DNA of 64,000 nucleotides from Ginglymostoma cirratum (Eukaryota), in contig JAHRHZ010000002.1 in NCBI GenBank assembly GCA_024137785.1, forward strand, positions 23,221,408 through 23,285,407, given 5' to 3'. The position numbers were made by a program, and so were the translations under genes. Position 1 is the stretch's first letter. Each line of letters starts with the position of its first letter. Positions 38,101 to 47,394 of the stretch are shown here, piece by piece. Below the pieces are notes generated by a model that had not been told where the DNA came from, searched no databases, and saw only the letters and a list, made by a program, of their open reading frames with translations.

Positions 38101-41100
38101 ATGGAATGTGGGCATCACTGGCTAAGCAGCATTTTTTGCCCATCCCTAATTGCACAGAGAACACTTAGCAGTAAGTCAAATTGGAGTCCCATATTGGCCA
38201 GACCAGGTAAGAATGGCAGATTTCCTTCCCAAAATGACATTAGTGAACAAGATCGATTTTCACAACAATCAACAGTGGTGTCATGGTCTCTGTTAACTGA
38301 GCATTTAGTTACAGCTTTTTATTGAATTCAAATTTCAGCATCTGCCATGGTGATAGAATTTGAACCTTTATCCCCAGAACATTCAGCATGAATAGTCCTG
38401 TGATATCAACTCCCCTCAACATCGAATGCAATTTTAATCTGACGTAAACCCAAAATCATCTTGGTACCAAGTATAAAATAACAGAGATAGTAGGAACTGC
38501 AGATGCTGGAGAATCTGAGATAACAAGGTGTAGAGCTGAATGAACACAGCAGGCCGAGCAGCATCAGAGGAGCAGGAAGGCTGACGTTTCGGGCCTAGAC
38601 CCTTCTTCGGAAAAAGGGTCTGAAGACCTTTCTGAAGAAGCGTCTCGGCCCGAAACGTCAGCCTTCCTGCTCCTCTGATGCTGCTTGGCCGGCTGTGTTC
38701 ATCCAGCTCTACACCTTGTTATCTCTATAAAATAACAGCCTTGCTTTGAGTTAATGTATTCTGTGTTTAACAGAATTAGCTGTTGTTCAACCATGCCTAT
38801 TACTCTTACTTCTATTGCTCTTTGCTGCTACTTACAGGATGTATAAGGAACTCTGTGCCACATGTGAGAGCGTTTCGATGAGAAACTTCCATCTAGGACG
38901 CACTGATGTAATCCGATCATCATCTACAGATTCCTTGGAGTTTGTGATAAGCATGGATGACCCAGAAAAGGAGGTATTTTGTCATTGAAAATGTGTTTAT
39001 CGCTAGCTCTGAAATTAATTTCTCAGCCTGTCGGATAACAACAATAGAAAATTGATGGCTTTTGAAATTTGAATCATTGCAGGAGATTAAATTGAGAGTG
39101 GCCTTGAATTTCTGTGTATGGTATAGAGTTGTGCATTTTCATTCTTTTGGTATCATGCAATCAAGTCTTTCTCATTTAATCTCTTGGCATTAACACTTTA
39201 TTGCCAGGTCAGGTGTATCAAGGTCTCATTAAAGCAAAACTCCTCCAAAAATTTAGCTCCAGCCATACTGTGTATGGATTTGAGATTTCTTATTAAAGCT
39301 GTCTATCTGGTCAATTTGTTTATTTAAAAATGATCTAGACTTGGAGTCTGCTTGAAGCTGGTTTGGGAATAGCTGAACCTATTTTCCACTGGAGCACTAG
39401 TCACTGAGGATTTTCATTCACTGGCCCCGATGATTACGGATTCCAGTGATGACTCTCACTGGGGAATGTCATTCATTAACTCTAATACCAATCCTACTGG
39501 GGACCATCACTCACTGAGCTCAGTACTGACTCTTCCTGGGAACCTCTCTCACTGACACCAGTTACTGACCCTCCCTGGGGAATCTCTCTTACTCACCCTT
39601 GCTGGGAAACATTATTCACTGACCCTACTTGCAGACCCTCACTAGGGAATCTCTCTCACTGACCCAGTCACTGAATCGCACTGAGACATCTCAGTCAGTA
39701 ACCTCCGCACTGACTCTCACTGGGGTCTGCACGCTCTGATTGCAATGAGATTAAGAGAAAATAGTATATTTCAGGTGTAAGATCTGATTAAGTGAAGACA
39801 AATTGATCATACGCAGTTCTGTCTGACATTATGGACATTAATTACACAAGAAATTCCTTTACTCTTAACATGCTACAACATATGTGATCACAAATCAACC
39901 TTTTTTCCAGTAACTTTTTATTTTACTTTGAGTAATTTACCAATATTAACATAATGTAATTTTCTTCACCTTGAATAACAGATAAACCAGAAGAGAGCAG
40001 CACTAGGGAAAGCTGTTGATTGCCACAGTGCTTACACTGACATGGTAAGATGATGTATGGAGAACCTGTACTATTAATCCTCATGAATCAGGCTGCACTG
40101 CTCTTCCATTCATGAGTTTGGCTTTTCTTGTTGCGTTTGTGATCCATTTTTGTTGGTCAGTCCCACAGTCGGTGTGATTTCAGTTAAAGTTATTGGACTT
40201 GAAAAGATTGTTTCTTATACAAATATCTCCAAGTAGAAATGAGTGGGATAATGGTTGATTATAAACTGTGAAAGAAAAGTTAAGATTCGGTGAAAGCAGG
40301 TTCAGAACCTCAAGTTATACACATGAGATTTCTGAAAGAATTACATGAATCTGCAGAAGTGACAGTTAAGACTCATTTGAGGGAATTTGTGAGTAGTGAT
40401 AAGGAAGAATTGAATTTCAGGGAAGGTGGAGAGTACGATTGATAATTTTTATATTTCAGTTCGGAAAATAGCTGTTAATCACTTTTCACATTATCACTGG
40501 GATGTTAGTCTGCTCAGAACCATGAAATTAAGTAAACCTTATTATTGTGATAAGTGAAAGCCACAAGAAGGATTATATAATCAATGCTGTTGGTATACAG
40601 ACAGTGGTAGAAAGTAATAATGCCCAGGATATTTAATGCAATTTATAGCTTAAGTATCTGGTTCTACAATTTTCTATATTATTAAGCCTTGAATTATATG
40701 GATACCTGGTCAGGATCATTAAAGCAGTGAGTACTCATTAGACATCTGTGTAATTTGAATAGAATGTTTAACTTTCAATAATAATCTTTTGTTTTACTCA
40801 CAGGCACTGAAAGGATTGGCAATTGACAGACATTTGCTGGGCTTGAAGCTCCAGGCTATTGAAGAGGGTCTTAGTGTACCAGAGATCTTCATGGATACAT
40901 CTTTTGCAGTGGCAACACACTGGAGACTCTCAACAGGGCAGGTAGGTTCAAGTTGGAACAGGGAATGATTTCCATTTTCATAGCCACCTGAACTGTCAGT
41001 AGCATCATCACATAGCAGTCACTCGCAGATATGCTTCATTGTCTAAGAGTCCTGTTAACATGTTCCAAACAGTAAAATTCGAGTACTTTGTTTCCTAGTT

Positions 41101-44100
41101 TCATGAACTTATAATGACCTATTTTACAGTGTCTCCATCCTTTTCTTTAAATACATGGTTGTGTTCAGTACCTTCCAATCTACTGGGATCATTCGAAATC
41201 TAAAGAATTCCAGAAGATCAAAGCCAAACCATCAGCTATCGCTGTGGCTACTGTCCCACTCTTCTCCCAATGTACACCCTGGAATATTTTCCAAGGGGAA
41301 CAGCAATTTAGGACCTCACAAAGACAACACCTTCAATGAAACTGAACTCCTTCTGTAATGCTACTGAGGAGGACTCCAATAACAAAGCATTTAAGTGTCA
41401 GAGATAATAGGAACTGCAGATGCTGGAGAATCTGAGGTAACAAGGTGTAGAGCTGGATGAACACAGCAGGCCAAGCGGCATCATAGGAGCAGGAAAGCTT
41501 GACGTTTCGGGCCTAGACCCTTCTTCAGAAATGGGCAGAAAAAGTGTCAGCCTGGATTAAAACTTCCAATTAGGATGATAATGGAGCCCATAATTTGTCA
41601 ACTGAAAATGAGACAGTTGAGAAAAATGAAGTTTGGGAATATGTTGGAACTTGCAAAATTGGAGGGCAATGTACAGCATATTAGAGGAGATTGTTTACAA
41701 ATTGCAATGCAATTGCAAGATCAAGCTATTTGATTAAAATGGTTAAAATTGAAATACAATTGAAATTAAACATTATGGGACAACACTTAGTGATGTAAGG
41801 TCTATTGTATGTATAGCTTGATTTTTAAAAGTTTGGCTCACGAATAGCCACAAAATTTAACATGGAATATTCTTGCATATTATTGAACACTAGACTAGGT
41901 TGGATTTGCATTTTTTTTGTTGTACAAAGCAAAACTAGATGACAAGAGGTTGGTTATAATCAATGCATGTTTTTTTTTTAAACGAATGTTTGTTACTGAC
42001 AAAATCAGGATATGTTGCCTATGTCTAATTGTCCTTTAGAAAGTATTGCTGCTTTGTGTACAAGAGCACTTCTGGATTGCTCAGTTGTCTTTTTGAGTCA
42101 CTTCAGTTCATCTGGTGTAAGTACATCAACAGTGCTGTAAGAAAGTGTGTTTCAGGATTCTGACCCAGTGACAATGAAAGATCATTGATATAATTCAAGT
42201 CAGATGTCCATGTGATGTTGATGTCCCCATACACTTGCTGCCCTTGTCCTTCTCGGCATCAGAATCATGGTCGGGAAGGTGCTGAGACTGACCGCATTGG
42301 TGCACTTCTTGTAGTTGCTACAAATTGCTGCCATGGTTAGTGGAGGAAGTAAAGGTTTAACCTGGTAGATTGGGTGCTGATCAAGGGGGTGTCCTGGAAG
42401 ATGGATTTTGAATGTTGTTGGAGCTGTACTCATCCAGCAGACAAGCAGAGTGTATTCCATCTCACTCACTAGGCTGCAGGGATTGTTTAATGAGCAAAAT
42501 TTAAATAGGTTGGGACCTTACTTATCAGAGTTTTGAAGAATGAGAGGTTATCTCATTGAAACATGTAGGATTCTTAACTGTCTCGATAAAGGTAAATGCT
42601 GAGAAGATGTTCCCCCTCAGAGGAGAATCTAGGACGAAAGCACAGTCTCAGAATAAAGGGGTGCCATTTAAGACTGAAATGAGGGGGAATTTCTTATTTC
42701 AGGGTTATGAGCCTTTGGAGCTCCTTGTCAAAGAGAGCTGTGGGGGAAGAATCCTTGTCCATATTTAAGTCTAAGATAGATTCTTGATCAATGGTTACAG
42801 GGAAAATGCAGAAAAGTGTATGTAAGGAATGTCAGATCACCCATGATCCTATTGAATGGCAGAGCAGGCTTGAGGGCCCCTACTCCTGTTCCTATTTCTT
42901 ATGGTCACTTCTGACTTACTTTGCAGATGGCTTAGACTTTGAGGTGATAGCAGATGAGTTTTTTTTTTGCTGCAAAATTCTCAGCCTGTAACCACAGTAA
43001 GTTGGTGGAAGATGGAATATTAGCAAAAGCATTGGGAGGACTATCTAATCCTCAGTAACATAAAAGTAAAATAAGGAATTGTGGACGCTAGTGATCTAAA
43101 CCAAAAATACAAAATGCTGGAGAAACTCAGCCGATATGTCAGCATCTGTACAGCGAGAAATAGAGTTAACATTGAGTCCAGTGAGCCTTCCTCATTTACC
43201 TCTGGGACATGCAGATAAAGATTAGATTTAACATCTCTCACTTTATATATTAATGATCTGGATGAAGGGACTGGGGGCATTCTGGTGAAGTTTGCCGATG
43301 ATACGAAGTTAGGTGGACAGGCAGGTAGTACGGAGGAGGTGGGGAGGCTGCAGAATGATTTAGACAGTTTAGGAGAGTGGTCCAGGAAATGGCTGATGAA
43401 ATTCAACGTGAGCAAATGCGAGGTCTTGCACTTTGGAAAAAAGAATACAGGCATGGACTATTTTCTGAACGGTGAGAAAATTCATAAAGCCGAAGTACAA
43501 AGGGATCTGGGAGGGCTAGTACAGGATTCTCCAAAGGTTAACTTGCAGGTTGAGTCAGTGATTAAGAAAACGAATGGAATGTTGTCGTATATCTCCAGAG
43601 GGTTGGAATATAAAAGCAGCGATGTGCTTCTGAGACTTCATAAAGCTCTAGTTAGGCCCCGTTTAGAATACTGTGTCCAATTTTGGGCCCCACACCTCAG
43701 GAAAGACATACTGGCACTGGAGCGTGTCCAGCGGAGATTCACACGGATGATCCCTGGAATGGTAGGCCTAACATACGATGAACAGCTGAGGATCCTGGGA
43801 TTGTATTCATTAGAGTTTAGAAGGTTGAGAGGAGATCTAATAGCAACTGACAAGATAATGCATGGCTTAGAAAGGGTGGACGCTGGGAAGTTGTTTCCGT
43901 TAGGTGGGGAGACTAGGACCCGTGGGCACAGCCTTAGAATTAGAGGGGGTCAATTTAGAACGGAAATGAGGAGACATTTCTTCAGCCAGAGAGTGGTGGG
44001 CCTGTGGAATTCATTGCCACGGAGCGCAGTGGAGGCCGGGACGTTAAATGTCTTCAAGGCAGAGATTGATAAATTCTTGATCTCGCAAGGAATCAAGGGC

Positions 44101-44843
44101 TACGGGGAGAGTGCGGGTAAGTGGAGTTGAAATACCCATCAGCCATGATTAAATGGCGGAGTGGACTCGATGGGCCAAATGGCCTTACTTCCACTTCTAT
44201 GTCTTATGGTCTCTCCTGCAGAATTGCCTCACAGGCAGACCAGTCAGTGCAATTCAACAAGCAGAAAATGATTATGGTATATCGAGCTGTGCACTTCCAT
44301 TCTTTTGGCATCTTGCAAACTATCAGCCACCCTCGATCCTTACAAGATTTGGATGGTCTGAACTACAGAATCAGCTGCAGTCACACTTTATTCATTTAAC
44401 CAGCTTCAGCAGCCATGAGATCAGATGTATCGATCTAAGATCCACCTTTTGATATACACACGTGGATGGTTTGGTGATAGAAATATGCTTTTTCCTTTTA
44501 CTGAATGTGCAAATTCCAAAATAATGAACCTGGTAGAAGTGGAGATACTTTTAGATGCTACGCGTGTGTTATATATTTTGAAGTTGGAAGATTGGTCTTA
44601 AGTTGGTTTTTTTTCCCTCCTACCTAGGTGGCTGCCCGAGCAGACTGTGTAATGTGCTTTGGTCCCATGGTGCCAGATGGATATGGCGTCTGGTACAATC
44701 CCCTGGAAGATCACATCAATTTCACTGTCTCTGCCTTCAACTGCTGTGAAGAGACTAATGCAGAATCATTTTCAAAATCTCTGGAGATAGCTCTATCAGA
44801 CATGCAGAACTTAGTTTTACAGACATCTGGTCAGGCTGCATAG
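13858..44843 (+). CDS. CRAT: Carnitine O-acetyltransferase-like protein (CRAT paralogue, probable pseudoenzyme), 621 aa; join(13858..14133,15121..15239,18003..18056,22869..23034,28876..29050,30831..31009,32159..32259,34482..34601,36650..36772,38838..38973,39982..40044,40804..40941,44628..44843)
   Basis: Spliced frame is open (1866 nt incl. TAG). Family motifs: LPQLPIPPL, ENWLMDWWLQNAY, SCRIPG, NRWFDKTLQ, SPDSFVQMALQLAY, GRTD, DRHLLGL, PDGYG. Exon sizes 119/54/166/175/179/101/120/123/136/63/138/216 match the vertebrate CRAT structure as I recall it. An upstream exon 1 is likely but not located. Confidence 0.93.
15121..15239 (+). CDS. CRAT: CRAT-like coding exon B (LMDWWLQNAY...GQLR)
   Basis: tttcag|CTC; AG|gtagga; 119 nt. 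Confidence 0.93.
15930..17460. mobile_element. Penelope-like element with inverted 5' part (N-terminal ORF on - at 15930-16260; RT-thumb/GIY-YIG and 3' end on + at 16300-17460)
   Basis: SVLKGICFIP..HDVELFFHCLRLYAHFF on -; NVVYTIHCSQCGLLYIGEMKHRL on +. Confidence 0.8.
18003..18056 (+). CDS. CRAT: CRAT-like coding exon C (FAAKLIAGVLDFKSKVD), GC donor
   Basis: Polypyrimidine tract + cag|G; 54 nt; donor AG|gcaagt; matches CRAT FAAKLIEGVLDFK. Confidence 0.88.
18852..19163 (+). mobile_element. HE1-type SINE (well preserved)
   Basis: GGCGGCACAGTGGCTCAGTGGTTAGCAC (A box), GGATTCGATTCC (B box), V-domain-like body, LINE-like tail. Confidence 0.9.
19230..20180 (+). mobile_element. CR1/L2-like LINE 3' fragment (second family)
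   Basis: VPQ..V.G, VFADNC (FADD relic), QKLNWTSHIN. Confidence 0.7.
21075..21810. mobile_element. Two CR1/HER1 3' ends fused back-to-back (- at 21075-21530; + at 21531-21810)
   Basis: ORF 21324-21659(-) RLNRLGLHSLERQRLR..EVYKIMRGMDRV; CTATGAC-type tails pointing outward at both ends. Confidence 0.7.
22290..22785 (+). mobile_element. CR1-type LINE 3' fragment
   Basis: LETVQRQFTRLIP...RLNRLGLDSLE. Confidence 0.75.
22869..23034 (+). CDS. CRAT: CRAT-like coding exon D (KTLPTEY...VVRNFQ)
   Basis: ttttag|A; CAG|gtaaag; 166 nt; GKPLCM, SCRIPG. Confidence 0.93.
23265..23830 (-). mobile_element. Tx1/L1-clade LINE ORF2 fragment (endonuclease C-terminus/linker)
   Basis: Minus-strand YTWS, SEYCLLLAD, TPENTEELKRDYKG, DLQEVR..Q..FF..ASMIIIWSRVHSME. 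Confidence 0.6.
24071..24378 (-). mobile_element. HE1-type SINE, antisense
   Basis: Reverse complement of 18852-19163. Confidence 0.88.
25020..25335 (+). mobile_element. LINE 3' end fragment (second family)
   Basis: KSWDSLPNSI...RFKKAAHHHLL. Confidence 0.7.
25700..27550 (+). mobile_element. Old CR1-type LINE fragments with a Penelope-derived insertion at ~26190-26560
   Basis: HGFVKGKSCLTNL, GVSQGSVLG relics; CTGATGAAGGGTC motif at 26465. Confidence 0.65.
27600..27790. repeat. Degenerate ~45-bp minisatellite (core TTRCAGTGTAATTCT)
   Basis: Core at ~27620, 27664, 27709, 27752; recurs at 28705-28800. Confidence 0.55.
28876..29050 (+). CDS. CRAT: CRAT-like coding exon E (FFHLDVY...NTLMK)
   Basis: ctccag|TTC; G|gtagag; 175 nt. 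Confidence 0.93.
30831..31009 (+). CDS. CRAT: CRAT-like coding exon F (KLNRES...NRWFDKTLQ)
   Basis: cctcag|AC; CAG|gtagga; 179 nt. Confidence 0.94.
32159..32259 (+). CDS. CRAT: CRAT-like coding exon G, catalytic-site exon (FIVGEDGSCGVIYEQSSAEGPP...)
   Basis: ttacag|TTC; TG|gtaaga; 101 nt; YEQ in place of YEH. Confidence 0.93.
33300..33730 (-). mobile_element. Deu-domain SINE, antisense
   Basis: ACAGCCGATGAAATAGTTTTGAAG...GCAGTATTCCC..TGCACTG..GGGATTTGA..CTGAGCCA. Confidence 0.55.
34482..34601 (+). CDS. CRAT: CRAT-like coding exon H (KDPDTVRAPM...QNLD)
   Basis: ttatag|T; AT|gtgagt; 120 nt. Confidence 0.92.
35200..35900 (-). mobile_element. Degenerate LINE 3' fragment (second family)
   Basis: Reverse-complement similarity to 19500-20180. 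Confidence 0.55.
36650..36772 (+). CDS. CRAT: CRAT-like coding exon I (LVNDLDI...QLAYFR)
   Basis: ttacag|T; AG|gtacgt; 123 nt; FGKNFPK, SPDSFVQMALQLAY. Confidence 0.93.
38485..38725. mobile_element. Palindromic Penelope-derived short element with two hammerhead motifs
   Basis: ~97-bp inverted arms (38517-38613 / 38629-38725); 13-bp TSD TATAAAATAACAG at 38472-38484 and 38726-38738. Confidence 0.85.
38838..38973 (+). CDS. CRAT: CRAT-like coding exon J (MYKELCATCESVS...DPEKE)
   Basis: ttacag|G; GAG|gtattt; 136 nt; GRTDVIRS. Confidence 0.92.
39385..39730. repeat. Degenerate ~40-bp minisatellite (CTGACYCTCACTGGGGAATCTCTCTCACTGAC)
   Basis: About 8 recognisable units. Confidence 0.6.
39982..40044 (+). 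CDS. CRAT: CRAT-like coding exon K (INQKRAALGKAVDCHSAYTDM)
   Basis: taacag|ATA; ATG|gtaaga; 63 nt. Confidence 0.9.
40804..40941 (+). CDS. CRAT: CRAT-like coding exon L (ALKGLAIDRHLL...LSTGQ)
   Basis: tcacag|GCA; CAG|gtaggt; 138 nt. Confidence 0.93.
41402..41541 (-). mobile_element. Short Penelope-derived element with intact hammerhead core
   Basis: 9-bp TSD AAGTGTCAG at 41393-41401 and 41542-41550; minus strand CTGAAGAAGGGTCTAGGCCCGAAACGTC at 41501-41528. Confidence 0.8.
42470..42910 (+). mobile_element. CR1-type LINE 3' fragment
   Basis: VNAEKMFPLRGESRT..FKTEMRGNF; same subfamily as 22290-22785. Confidence 0.7.
43240..44213 (+). mobile_element. Young 5'-truncated CR1-type LINE (RT C-terminal half, open ORF)
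   Basis: Uninterrupted ORF 43285-44130: YINDL..KFADDTKLGG...LEYCVQFW...LWNSLP; CpGs retained. Confidence 0.92.
44628..44843 (+). CDS. CRAT: CRAT-like last coding exon (VAARADCVMCFGP...TSGQAA*)
   Basis: acctag|GTG; PDGYG motif; TAG at 44841-44843. Confidence 0.93.
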   Translation: MAARADCVMCFGPMVPDGYGVWYNPLEDHINFTVSAFNCCEETNAESFSKSLEIALSDMQNLVLQTSGQAA

Positions 44844-45838
44844 GGGAGTCTGGAAGGAAATGTCATTCACCTTAGGAGGAGCACAATACATTCTTTATTG
44901 TGAAGTCATCTTCAAAACTGTACCAAATTGTTTGGTTGAGACAGATGGTCATTTGATCCAAATGCCCAACAAACTGAATTGTTAGTTGGTACCCATCCTA
45001 AAATCTAGTTGCACGATGCTGGAGGCTGTTCAAGCACATGAACACGCTTTTAGTACGTTTTAAAGGGCAAGGTTTAAAGATCTTGTTCTCAAAATGTGTT
45101 TAATGAAACTCAAATTTGTCATTTGTCTAGTATAATATACACCTATGTTGTGTTTACAGTGATGTTACAAATGTGATGTGTTTATGTGGATGTGAGAGAG
45201 GAACTTCATTTATTTTTTCTGAATACCCTCCTGTTACATAATTAGAGATGGCCACTTTCTCTGGTACAATAATTGATTTCCACAGAGGTCAATGTATGCA
45301 GGCAGTGGAAGTCTGGTACAGCTTTCTGTTAAATCCAATTACTTATCTTTTACCATCTTCATGCACGTTTTGCACTGTATGATTGCCTCTAATACCAAAA
45401 TCTAATTATGTGATACAGTGAAGACCTATACAACCTGAACACTAATCTGAGATCTATTCTGTTCAACATACCATATACCCACTAGCCCTAAGGTACATTC
45501 ATATTTCACATTTTGCTTGTGGTAACATTTGTGTTTTTGTATGTGAAACCCCCTGTATGCGATCAGAATTTGTCAGTGCCATTAGTCTAGGGTTTGGTCA
45601 TGCAGCCACAGAGAAGTTCAACCAGAGTTACGTGGGTTAAGTTTGAAGCTCAATCCCAAAGAAGGTGATAAATAGTCACCATCCTTTAAAGTCAAATGCT
45701 TGCTCAGAAACAATGATTGATTTTGAAATATTTCTCATGCAGATACATGGACATATTGCTGTACATATGTTGGTTCTTCCCAGTGTTATGAACACTACTA
45801 CTATTGAAAAAAGGTGATATGGTGCAACAAGCATTTTA

Positions 45839-45844
45839 AATAAA
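45839..45844 (+). terminator. Candidate polyadenylation signal for the CRAT-like gene
   Basis: AATAAA about 1 kb past the stop codon, followed by T-rich sequence. Confidence 0.4.
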
Positions 45845-45943
45845 TAGTTCATGCAATTTTTTGTTTCTCTCAACACATTTATTGGTATCTACTTTTGGTG
45901 TTGTCTATTGCAAATGTGAATTGAGAATAATTAAAGTAACTTG

Positions 45944-46168
45944 TACAAAAACAGGAGCTGCTGGAAAAGCTCAGCAGGTCTGACAGTATCTGTGAAGAAA
46001 AAAATCAGAGTTAATGTTTCGGGTCCGGTTACCCTTTCTCAGAACAGTTGACTGATTTTTTTGTTTTTCCTTCACAGATGCTGCCAGACCTGCTGAGCTT
46101 TTCCAGCAACTCCTGTTTTTTCTCCTCCTCCCCCCAATTTACAGCAATCACAGTTCTTTTGGTTTTTA
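45944..46168. mobile_element. Palindromic Penelope-derived element (subfamily 2)
   Basis: Inverted arms AAAAACAGGAG..GCTGGAAAAGCTCAGCAGGTCTG / CAGACCTGCTGAGCTTTTCCAGCAACTCCTGTTTTT; 12-bp TSD TAAAGTAACTTG at 45932-45943 and 46169-46180. Confidence 0.8.
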
Positions 46169-47254
46169 TAAAGTAACTTGAGTTTGGCATCTATCTATAA
46201 GACTAAGTTTGTCACATCTTGAACAACTAGAGACTCAGCAGGAAGAGGTCTTGGTTTTCAATTGCCGGTAATATTCAACATTTTGCATTGTTGTGGCTCA
46301 TTGTGGAGGACAGCCACATCTTCTTCCCTCTCTACTTTGCTGTTTGCATCAGGTTTTACAGAAACCAATAGCCCAAAAAGAGGTCATTCATCCTATTGTG
46401 CCTCTGCTGGTCGATGAAATAGCAGTTAAGCTGAGTCCAACACCATGCTCCATTTTTCCATAACCCTGTAAATTTGTCACCTTTAAACACGTCAAAGGAA
46501 ACTAGAAATGGGCAATAAATGCTGACCTAGCCAACAATATAATAACCTATCCAACTGCGTTTTAAAAGTATTTGGGTCAGTTTCCACCACCTTTTTTGTT
46601 ATGAGTATTCTAGATCCCAATAGCTCACTGGCATTTCTCAATATCTTGCTTCCAGCTATTTTGCCAGTGATGTTAAATTGATGGCCTCTGCATATTTACT
46701 CACTTAAAGGATAGTTTTCCCACATCTGAAGTTTTAATAGAATTAACAGCCTGTTAACAACTGTACACAATGTATAAAGTAACAGGAAAAAGAGCCCAAG
46801 AACAACTGAAAGCAGATTTGTTTCAGGTGATTGTGGAAGATCATAAGACAAAGTTTGTCCAGCAACAAAGTTGCTTAGTTTTTAGCCAGTGAACAAGGTA
46901 ACTTAAAAGTTTTAGATGAACCAAAGGGTTACAAAAGTTACACAGTACATAGGCACAATCAAATTAAATGAGACCATAGTTAAGGTTGTAAGACTTGATT
47001 GAAATTACCAGAAGGTATTCAGGGGTTAAAGGTTTTTGGGTTTGAACCCTAATGCAGAGACCTGAGCATGAAAACTAGGTGGACACTCAGATGCTGCACT
47101 TATGGAATGCTTTGCTGCCAGAGCTATCATCTTCCAGATGAGTCTTTAAACTATGGCTATAACTGCCTTCTTCAGTGGATGTGAAAGGTCTCAACAATAT
47201 TTTGAAGAGTAGCTGACAGTTGTTTCCTTCAAAAGTAAAATAAATGCTGGGATA

Positions 47255-47394
47255 GAGATAAGAGGTACTGCAGACGCTGGAGAATCCAAGATAACAAGCA
47301 TGGGGCTGGATGAACACAGCAGGTCAAGCAGCATCATAGGAGCCCATGATGCTACTTGACCTGCTGTGTTCATCCAGCCCCATGTTTGTTATCT
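47255..47394. mobile_element. Hairpin Penelope-derived short element
   Basis: 50-bp arms 47288-47337 / 47346-47395 (2 mismatches), 8-nt loop; 14-bp TSD TAAATGCTGGGATA at 47241-47254 and 47395-47408. Confidence 0.85.

Noticed and set aside
39385-39730. CRISPR-like repeat-spacer array
   Set aside because: Eukaryotic intron, degenerate units without unique spacers, no cas genes; it is a minisatellite.
43285-44130. Longest ORF in the window (281 aa) as a host gene
   Set aside because: It is the C-terminal half of a CR1 reverse transcriptase (FADD motif) in a truncated LINE.
13858-44843. Classifying the CRAT-like locus as a pseudogene, or as ChAT/CROT/CPT
   Set aside because: No stops or frameshifts and splice sites are intact. 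Exon sizes and motifs (TD at 465-466, M564 equivalent) match CRAT, not ChAT (VDN) or CROT/CPT.
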